Translations under genes and position numbers: made by a program
Source: Chrysomallon squamiferum
Taxonomy: Eukaryota; Animalia; Mollusca
Length of the DNA: 64,000 nt
Assembly (NCBI GenBank): GCA_012295275.1
Contig: CM022672.1
Location: 7,068,001 to 7,132,000 of the forward strand
Direction of reading: 5' to 3'
Notes under the pieces: model-generated
What the model saw: only the letters and a program-made list of their open reading frames with translations
Databases searched by the model: none
Told to the model about the DNA's origin: nothing
Shown: positions 12,692 to 22,647 of the stretch, piece by piece
Position numbering within the stretch: the stretch's first letter is position 1
How the letters are laid out: every line of letters begins with the position of its first letter

Positions 12692-15337
12692 TTGTATCAT
12701 ATCTTTGTTTGTTCAAATTCAGATCAAATATAAATCTTTGGAAACTTTGATTGTTAAAATAAAGATAAGAATGAAGCTAAAAGGCAAAGTGCAGTTACAC
12801 TTAAATATAATTATGTACCAGAATTATGTACCTTGATTGCTTCAATCTTAGCTTAATGACATTCAAAACTATCATCTCTATAGATACAAAACGTTTAGTG
12901 AACTTTAAAAAAAAAATGTTTCTGTGAAAAATCTAATAGTAACACTAAAAATATTGAATCTAAAATAGTATAAATTAATTTTTTAAATGTTCTTAGGGAA
13001 ACATTAATTATTATTATCACTGGGTTATTATCATTTGTCATGTTAAATTTTTAGGAGACCATCAGAGTCTGGTTATGGACGTCAGAATACACAGATGTTT
13101 CAGCCTAATGGTAAAACAACTGATTATGTTACATAAAATGATATTTTGAAATCTGTAATCAGTCCTTAAAGATTTCTCATTTTTGACTTTTGGAGACTCT
13201 TTTATTTTAAGCAAAACCATGAAAAAATTAATGATATTTATCACTATCTTTGTCAAGTTATTTATGAAACATAGATGTTAAAGAACATGTTGTTTTTAAT
13301 ACAGTTTGTATAGTCAATTAGATTAAGTCTCAAATTCATTAGAATTGCATATTTTATAGAGAAGGACCAATTGCTGTGACTGGTGTTTGTCACCACAGTT
13401 GGACAGCTTCCCTATCACTATTTATTTCATGCTGTAGATTCTGCTTACTATGGTTAACAATTAACTGCAGCAGAATTGTTACTGATGCTTGTATTTTGTT
13501 AATTCCTGTTAAATAAGAAAATCTGTAATTGTTCAGTATGAAAAAATAAATGATTTGAAAATAATTCTTATTTCTTTCATCACTCTTGTTTTATTCCTTT
13601 TATTTATGAACAGCACCTGTTGTAGTTTTTTATTCTTATTTCATGTGAATTTCTGATTTTATTGACATTTATTCATTAGATTCAGATAAATGTATTGAAT
13701 CCGTATGGAACCAGAGTGACAGAGAACATGTAGTTTCAGTGTCTGGGGAAAAAGGAGAAAACATCACTGGAGCTTTGGAAAAGTTGAAATCCACTAACTG
13801 TCCAGTATATATTTACTTTTCTCAACTTTTGTCTAGTAGCAATGTTAAAATAATTTATAATGTACCTATTTCTGGTTTGTTAGGAATTGAAATTATTACT
13901 TTTTATCATCAGATTAATGCAGTAAGATTTCTAAATGTAATTCTGTTTGATTGTTTGATCAAATTAGTTTACAATATTAAAGCCAGCATTAACCACTTGG
14001 ATCACCCAAAGATGAACTTAAATAACACAGTTACAATTTTGTTTCATGCTTTATTACTATGAAAAGAACATAAAGTAGCTTTCAGAATATAACTCCCACT
14101 TACATACTGTACATTACACAAAAAATAAAATACTTAAAAAAATAAAATGTTAATCATCACAGGTGTTTAGCTATTCTTTTCAATAACCATTGTCCAGTAA
14201 CACAGAAATTCTTTATTTATAAAGATATAGCTGATAAAAGTATAGGTTTTCGTCTATAAAAAGTAGTTACTTTAAACATTTGAAATGAATTTTCATTCAA
14301 AACGTTTTACGAGTATGTCCTGTGCAGATTGAATTCTTTCAGTAACCTGGGTTTTTATTCACAAACACATCAGTAGAAAGTTTTAAAGGAAAAGTCACTG
14401 TCCCTCTGAATAGAAGTTAGAACAATGTGTTTTACTTATTCTCCTAGGAAAGCAAAAATACAAATAGTGAAAATGATGTTGGTAGTTTTGAAATAATTGA
14501 CAACACAAATGAAGGTACTGAGAGCTTATCAGCAGTGAATCCACAAAATGTTATAATACCAGGAAACAGTAAGTACGTTTTCCTGCACTTTACATTTCTT
14601 CTAGTAATGTCACATTTGTAAAAACAGAGTTTATTAATCTTAACCACTAAGCAAAATTAACTCACATTAAATTCCTTAACTTTTTTTTTTAACTCTGAAA
14701 TCGCAAAAACTAATTTTTCAATTTTTATTTTATATTGTTGATGGTTATTTTCACAATTTTGGGTAATATCCCAGTCAGATAATCAGTTTGATGTATATAA
14801 TCTCTCACAATTTTTTTCATTTTCACATGTGTTTTTTGTATATATATATACACATTTTTATTGATCTCCTTTTAACTATTTATCATAAGACAGACACTAT
14901 ATCAGGAATTTAATTCAAAAATAAATAAGTATGAACACACATCCGATAATTTTACTATTATGGATGTTGTAATGAAAATTACTTAACTGCATAAATAGCC
15001 TTCCAGCGGACTTCAAGCAAGCAAAAATGTGGTGAAAGACAAGTCTTTAAATTAATAATAACACTAGAATTTAAAATCTGTTATATTATTATTACTAATT
15101 AGAAGTTCTGATCAACTGATTAATTAGAATGTGTCTTTTTCACATTGTAATGTTCTAATAAGAAACACAAACATACAACCATGCATTACTTGTAAACAAT
15201 AATGGAAAAATGCCATTCAGATATTTCCATAATGAAATTAATAGTACACTTTTCTTTTAAATAATGGAGTGTGAAATTTAATTTTAATTTTAATTTTAAT
15301 TTTCATTTTCATTTAATTATTTTATTTTAATTTATCA

Positions 15338-15380
<43 letters not shown>

Positions 15381-18300
15381 TGTTTTGTTTTGTTACATTG
15401 ATTTGCTTAGTTCTTTTATTAGCAAAAAAAATCTAAACTTCTGCCAGCTTTGATAAATTAGTGGTGTTTTGCAATGTGTCCCTGTAATCAATGTGCTTTA
15501 TGTATTTCTTCAGTAAATGTCCAAACACAATGAAGATTGTTATTTCTAATTACATTTATTCACAAACCTGGGTGTATTTAATTAGGTTTGATGATAAACA
15601 ATAATTTGAGCAATGCAATTTTTGAACAATCATTAAATTTAAGCAATAGTGTGGAATTTAACTCAAGGCTAATGTTTTCTATACTTTTTTCAGCAACTGT
15701 AACATAGTGTAGATAATCACTTACTCAGTTAAACCTTTTCTCACATGAAGTTAAATTTTATAGTTACTTGTTCTTTTACTAATCTCCTTTTTCCTTGTGT
15801 TCAGAACAGATGAACTTTTATAAATGTAAATCTGAGATAACATTGATCCCAGTTTGGATTTGAAAGAATTAATATGAGGATCCTTATGTTAAATTTTGTT
15901 TATTCATGTGGCCATCATCATACTTAGAATGAACATTATTTGAAATTTGTTTCCTCTAAAGATAAAGAAATATATATAATATAGGTCATAATCACATACA
16001 TTTCATGCTCAGCTAATTACATATCTTCTTAGTTTTTTTTGAAAATGATACAACTGGATATAAAATGTGTATATTAATAAAACATAAATAATCCTGAAGT
16101 GAAAAAAATATACTATGAAGTAAATGTGTAAATTGTTTTTATTTGTGTTTTGTCTGTTACAGTACAGCATGAAACAACACCTGAGTCAGAAACAACTAAA
16201 CAGTCCACAAGTGTTCAAGAAAAGTAACAATTTTAAATGATTATAATGTTGGACATTATAAATTTCTCTCAAATAGCAGACACAATGAAAGACAAATACA
16301 AATATGTCAGTTTGCATGATAAATTAAATCACAATATACATGTATATGAGGGGTTTCATTCTTTCTGCATTAAGATGGATATTAGCTGATTATTTGAAGG
16401 TTTCTTGAACTATACTGATTTGGTTAATGTTGGTTGTTTAACAGTCCTTTAGATAAGAACCTTTTTTTATTTTTTTAATAAAAACTAGATCTGCCTGTGA
16501 ACCTGACATGGTGTCCAGTGATCCTACCTGTATTCTGTTACAAGCAGTCCAGTCACTTAATGGAAATATGGATTCTGTGTGGAAAAAATTAGCTCGAAAT
16601 AAACATACACCAACTGCCATTTTGTATCCACACCCTATCAAGTTGGAAGAGAAAGCAATAATTGTTTTTGAAAAGTCAGAAGGTAAGAAATATCATACTA
16701 TACTTTCATAATTGAATTACATTTTTATTGATGTGTTAAGAATATTCCTATCTTCATTCATGTCAGACATGTTTATTTCTATTTTAATGTTACTGTTATT
16801 TTTTAAATATTGTATTTCTTCAACACTGACAAATAAAAACAATTTTAGAAAATCACCTAAAACTGTTAGTTCCTTTAACAAAATTACTATTATTGTTAAA
16901 CTAAAAAATACTTTCTAAATTTTTTTTTTCATTTTTAAAAATAATCACAATGATTACAGTATCATTAAATTTTGTCCAGCAAATTCTGTTTGGGTGGTGG
17001 AATGTTTTACTCACACACAAACACACACTTGTACATACATTCACACAAAAACACATTATTTTGGGCCTGCTATTCCTACTAATAGTGTTCTGTTATTTTT
17101 TTATTTACTGGAAAAATATCATCATTGGTTGTTTTTTATTTTCCCAGATGTTAAACAAATCTTGGACAAAAATTACTTTCTGAACATGAGCCACAAAAAC
17201 TGCAGCCAGTAAGAATATTAAAATACTAAAATATTAAAATTACAAAACTTAGCTTTCTTCAAAGAGAGTAAGGTTAAATAAAATTTTAAGTAAAATAGAA
17301 TTAAATATCACATACATTTTAAACAAACCTGGTTAATAAATTTTCAGCATGAAATGTTACAAACTGTTCTATAAATAGTATCTTATATAATCATAATAAA
17401 TTAATTTACTAGTGCAGATGGTACATATCTTATTATTCTTAGGACAGGTATTGGACTTTCTCTATATAAAAGATTTCTGTAAATATTTCACTTCATACAT
17501 CTAGGAAATGAAACATTATTTTAATAATTTATTTACTTTACTCTGTATACATGTGTTATATTCTGTCTATCATCTTTTTAGCATCCCATAAACAGCAGCT
17601 CTCAAATAGAGAGAAAAATATTTGAAAAGATATCTCAGGATAAAAAACTAAAATGGGAATTCAGAGATAAAACAGGACTTGATTTTCCCAAAACAAATCA
17701 GATTACAGGTAACTTTTTTCAACTTGTGGCTGCAGACAACTTCTTCCGTCTTATATGTCAAACTGAAAGTAAGAAACCAAAGCTTGAAATTGATTTGATT
17801 CTATCTGATGCCATCAAAAAGTTGAATATTACCGAAAAAGAACATGTAAAATACATTCCAATTCACAATGACAAAATGTTATTAATATTTGAAAAAGACT
17901 CAGATGAAGCTAAAATGATCCAAAACAGAATTGAGGCACTGAACAGAGAAAACATCAGGATAGAGAATGCATCACTGAAACAAGAAGAGATCAAATCAGT
18001 TGTAAACAGTTTACAAGATTCTACACAAGATGTTTACTGTGCTTATATTCCACAACAAAACATGGTTGCAGTTTTCAGTGAAGATAGAAACACACTGAAT
18101 TTAGTGAAAAGGAAACTTCAGGTGAAATTGGGACTAATAAAACAAAGAGGTCGATCTAATAGAAAATTTACTTCTTCTAAAGCTGTCAGCTCTGAAGAGA
18201 AGAATCAAACAACACCATCCATTCAGAATGTGTCAACATCCACTTCAACAACATCCAGTGTTCACCCACTTGTCAAAGGCAAACATCTTGACGTGATGGT

Positions 18301-21300
18301 GTACAAAGGTAATATCACTCAGCTGTCAGTTGAGGCTATTGTAAATGCTGCTAATGGTCATTTATCTCACGGAGCTGGAGTAGCAAGAGCAATAGCTGAT
18401 GCAGCAGGAGAAGACTTGGTTAAAGAAGGAAACAAGTTTGTTAGAGAGCAAGGACCAATTGCTGTGACTGGTGTTGTTGTCACCACAGCTGGACGACTTC
18501 CATATCACTGTGTACTTCATGCTGTAGGTCCTGTTTACTATGATTACAAGGACAAGTCAGAATGTTTGGAAGATCTCTGTAAAACAATACTGAGATGTCT
18601 GTGTGAGGCCAGCAAACAAAATGTGAAATCTGTAGCAATTCATTCCATCAGTTCAGGTATTTAATTATCATAAATATTTTACTTAGTTAAATAAAATAAT
18701 GTGAACAGATATTAATTTGAAATAAATTGTGTTCTTTATCTGAATTTCAAGTTAGCAACTTCACAGATATCTTTCCCTTCATTGTTTATAAAATTCTAAA
18801 ATATTAATTGAATCAGATATTTCTTGGATCAGTTGTCTATGCATTTGCACATGGTTTGCCTTGTAAATTTGCCTAAAAATTATTGATATTTGGTTTTCTA
18901 GGGTATCAAAATTGTAATAATCATAGAAATATCCAATTACATATTTGTATTGGTATTAATATAAATGTTTTGTTATGTGAATTTAATTTATTTCAGGAAT
19001 CTTTGGTGTTCCAAAGGAATCTTGTGCTGAGATGTATGTGAGAGCTGTCATGTCATTTAACTCGGTAGTTTCTGGAGGAAGTCTGAAAGAAGTTCACTTT
19101 GTTGACATTAGTGACAATATGCTGCAGTTAATCAGCAATGAGTTTATCACAAAATGGGATACAAAACTTGATGATAAAATTCTGGAAAGAGATAAAAGAT
19201 TTATTGATGAACATCTGCTTGCAAGTAAGTCTGTCTCAGTCAAACATGTGAATGCTGCAGCAGCAGGAGATATGAATCACTCAACAACATCAACAGATAA
19301 GTGTGGCATTCAAGTCATTGTTTACCAAGAAGATATTTTTAAAGTTGACTGTGATGCAGTTGTCTGCTGGAAAGATCCCAGTTTTTCAGGAGAAGATCAC
19401 GCAATAGCAAGAGCAATATATCAACAAGCTGATGGTAATTACAGAGAGAGATTAAAAGAAATTAAAAAGAAGATCCCTTTCCAGGAGCGTAATAAGACAG
19501 TTTTCAAGGCTTATGTAAAGAAACATTTTCTGGTCTTCCATGGAGTGATTGAAAAGTCAAATCCAAGTATAACTGATTTCCATGAGGTTTTGACAAAAAT
19601 TATTGTAAAAGCAGATAAAGACATGATGCAATCAATTGCTATTCCAGTTTTTCGATGTTTCAAAACAGGTACGTTAATGGTTTTTTTTTTTTACTCAAAA
19701 ATATATATTACATTATGTTGTTACTGACACTGGAATTCTTAAAAATTTAAAAATATGCAAAGTAACATCTTTTATATTATGTATTAAGATAAAGCAAAGA
19801 GCAGTTTCCAGTAAATGGAATATGTTTTCTCATTTAGATGTTAAGTTTGCTATAACAGTAGATGTATTTTTAATTTCCAATATGAAATTCCTATTGTAAT
19901 TATCTTACAGGTTATTTTACACATTTGTGTACTTTAAAATCAGTTTAATTTAGTGACATTTTCTTATATGATAAATCATTTCCTTTTTGCAGACACTGTC
20001 AAGAAATTCACAGAAGTACTTTGCCAGAGTGTGAAAAATTTCACAACAAACAAAGAACATTTTGCCTTGAAGCAGATACACATTGTTGACACTGATGACA
20101 AAGTTGTAAGTTCTGTTAGCACACTTGTTGAAAACAGTGGAGTAAATGTCTGGGCTTCATGCAATGAAACTGATGTCTACAAGAACGAAAGTTCTCCAGC
20201 ACAACATGCATCATCCCAGCATTCAGATCACACAGATCATGTTTGTCCAGTTTGTCTGGATAAAATGTCAAATGCTCTGAAATTGGAGAAATGTGGCCAC
20301 AGTTTTTGTAAAGATTGTATTGATACACAAATGAAATACAAACCTGTTTGTCCAATCTGTGGAATGTTGTATGGTGTTCTGACTGGTGATATGCCTACAG
20401 GAGGAACAATGCGTGTTGATTTTGATAAGTGGGGACTTCCTGGATATGAAAAATGTGGATCTTATCGTATCACTTACTCGTTTCCAGATGGAAGGCAAAC
20501 TGTAAGTACTGTAAAATGGTTCTACAGTAGTTCAATGAGATATTTTTCTAAATACAAACACATACACAGATATACATTTGTTTACCATTACTAGATGTGA
20601 TCAGCAATTATGATTTCTTCAAATCTAAAATAAACAATCAAAAGTAATCAGTGAAGCGAAATTTAACTGATACAAATTAATACATTTCTAAAGCCTTTTA
20701 TACATACATACATATATATGTATATATACATATATATGCTGAATGTTCTCAAGGAACACTTTGTCCGTGGCTGTATTCATCAACTGGTTTTAAAAAAAAA
20801 AAAAAGTGTGAATGTAGGCATGTTACAGACACTGTAAAATTTCAATTTAAATGTTCCATCTGGTTTTTGAATAATATAATACCAGACAGATTTAACAACA
20901 TCAGTCTTTTCATAAACTAACCATCTTTACTGAAATTTATAAATAATCTAACTTTCTTAAAGAATCAGAGTGAACATTTATTGTTTTTGCTATATGATAA
21001 TATATTTATTGTTTTTGCCTTTTTTTCCTTTTTATCATTATCAAATTTTCATTCTGTTGGTCTTTTAGATGCAAAGATTACAGTACACTAGGGAAAATAA
21101 TTATATAAATGCAGAGAGAGTCAAGAACATACATACATACATACATTCATACATATATATATACCCCAATATGAGATATTGTTTATATTAGCACATATGG
21201 TTAATTCTTTTTAACAATAAAATTCATTTTATAATTATTGAATTTTTTATTTGGTATGTTTGGAAGTCCCTCTGACAGAGGATGTGGGACAGTTGCCTTT

Positions 21301-22647
21301 TTTGCCCCGTTTGCCCTCTGATAAATCTGTCCCTGTTCTCAAGTTAAATTTAATCAGCACTGTTGGAATATTACAAAATGCTGCACTTTATATATTTAAA
21401 TACCACTACTAATAACAATAAAAAAAATGTATAGCAAATCTTGATGTTGTTCTACAATTTGTTTATACAACTGTTTTATATAAATTGTTTTTCAGAAAGA
21501 ACATCCTAATGAAGGACAGTGGTATAAGGGTATTACCCGCTATGCTTATTTACCAGATACACCAAAAGGTCGCAAAGTAATTGCCATGTTACATGTTGCT
21601 TGGGAACGAAGACTGACATTTACTGTTGGAAGATCAGTCACAACTGGATATGATGGAGTCATAACATGGAATGACATTCGTCATAAAACAAGCAGAAGTG
21701 GAGGCCCAGACAAGTAGGTTCTCATATAATCCCTTAAATATGTAGACCATCTTAGTAGTAAAGTTCTCAGGTTTGTAATAATACATCACCATAAGCTTAC
21801 TAAGTAAACCTTCCAGTGTGAATGTGTTTCTTTACCTCATTAAAAATGTTACTTTTAACATTTGAGAAAAATACTATTGAATTGAAGTTGATATAATTAA
21901 TTTGTTTTAGGATAATTTAATTAGATAAAGAATGAATTGAAGTTGACATGGGAAACCTGTTTTAGAAATTAATATCATTTTATTAATGGTGTCAGCTATA
22001 ATAATTATAAGAAAAAGAGTTTAAAATTTAAATTTAGATTTAGCTGTAAATGTTTTGTTGTGAATATTAATTGGTGACTTTTGTACTATTTATTTACATG
22101 TTGTTGTGTGTTCTAGTTTTGTTTCACATGTATTTACATAGGCTAAGTGTTTGCCAGAAACACTGTCCTGTCATGACTGACCAGTTGTCTTATCCATGCT
22201 TCTTATTTCTTCATTCTGAAACTTTGTATAAAAATATCAATCTATCCTGTACATTCACAGTATATTCGTCTTACAAGTGAAATGATTTTGTTTTTCTAAT
22301 TGGAGGATATTATAATCAACAGAGTTTATATAATTGTGTGTACATGTGTATTTTATTGTTTATATCCTTGTTGCTTCTTTAGTATTAAGAATTTATAAGC
22401 CAACATTAATAAAGTTTATATTGTTTTGAGATTATCAGTGAACTGTTTTGTGACATAAATTTTTATCATACATTATTTCAGTTCCATATTTTAATATAAT
22501 ATTAATGTATTGTTTCTCTCTCTTTATAGTTTTGGTTATCCAGATCCTGGCTATCTAGATCGTGTGGAAGAAGAACTGTCAGCCAAGGGAATCACTGAAG
22601 AAAGTATTAAAGATCCAAAGTACAAGACACTCACTGGAACCTTTTAG
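4470..22647 (+). CDS. PARP14/DTX3L-like: Multi-exon chimeric gene, copy 1: PARP14-like RRMx3-KH array-WWE + linker/RRM-like/KH-like + Macro-Macro-RING-DTC (DTX3L-like E3 ligase); one frameshift at 7198-7202
   Basis: Predicted exons: 4470-4674, 4970-5227, 6237-6479, 6623-8205, 8595-8662, 10191-10296, 10692-10909, 11382-11787, 11992-12052, 13055-13110, 13680-13804, 14448-14568, 16163-16223, 16489-16682, 17148-17208, 17596(or 17582)-18656, 18997-19668, 19993-20501, 21496-21713, 22530-22647. All introns are GT-AG and phase-compatible except the A5 frameshift and the ambiguous 17.6 kb acceptor. Sum 6344+1 nt = 2115 codons. Confidence 0.75.
6623..8205 (+). CDS. Large exon encoding a PARP14-like KH-domain array, interrupted by a 1-nt frameshift
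   Basis: ORFs 6601-7209 and 7257-8288 join if AGTAAAAACAA gains one A. Repeated beta-G-helix KH-like segments (TIVVAGHSDPALKLAEQL, EISFNGTQVDIFKAIADM). Confidence 0.7.
11382..11787 (+). CDS. KH-like + WWE domain exon, copy 1
   Basis: VCIQGYHQDVSDAFDVV followed by QWYFTD..KYDKDVNGTIEKAH..KYIIDFQSIEEY..VKVVR, matching the WWE that precedes the ART domain in PARP14. Confidence 0.8.
13358..13458 (+). pseudogene. Decayed intronic fragment of the Macro1 coding sequence
   Basis: AAGGACCAATTGCTGTGACTGGTGTTTGTCACCACAGTTGGACAGCTTCCCTATCAC... aligns to ~18450-18548 with indels. Confidence 0.8.
17596..19668 (+). CDS. KH-like + Macro1 (MacroD/PARP9/PARP14 MD1-like) + N-terminal part of a degenerate Macro2, copy 1 (exons 17596-18656, 18997-19668)
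   Basis: VYKGNITQLSVEAIVNAANGHLSHGAGVARAIADAAG..VLHAVGP..AIHSISSGIFG..LKEVHFVD; second unit IVYQEDIFKVDCDAVV..SIAIPVF. Confidence 0.9.
19993..22647 (+). CDS. DTX3L-like: End of Macro2 + C3HC4 RING + Deltex C-terminal domain, copy 1 (exons 19993-20501, 21496-21713, 22530-22647)
   Basis: CPVCLD..CGHSFCKDC..CPICG..YG..TGDMP.GGTM..LPGY..Y.FPDG.Q.KEHP..AYLPD..GRKV..RRLTFTVG.S.TTG..ITWNDIRHKT..FGYPDPGYLDRVEEELSAKGI; stop TAG at 22645-22647. Confidence 0.92.

Noticed and set aside
11788-17581. A PARP catalytic (ART) domain after WWE
   Set aside because: No HG-T/YGxGxYF-type motifs or suitable exon seen in either copy.
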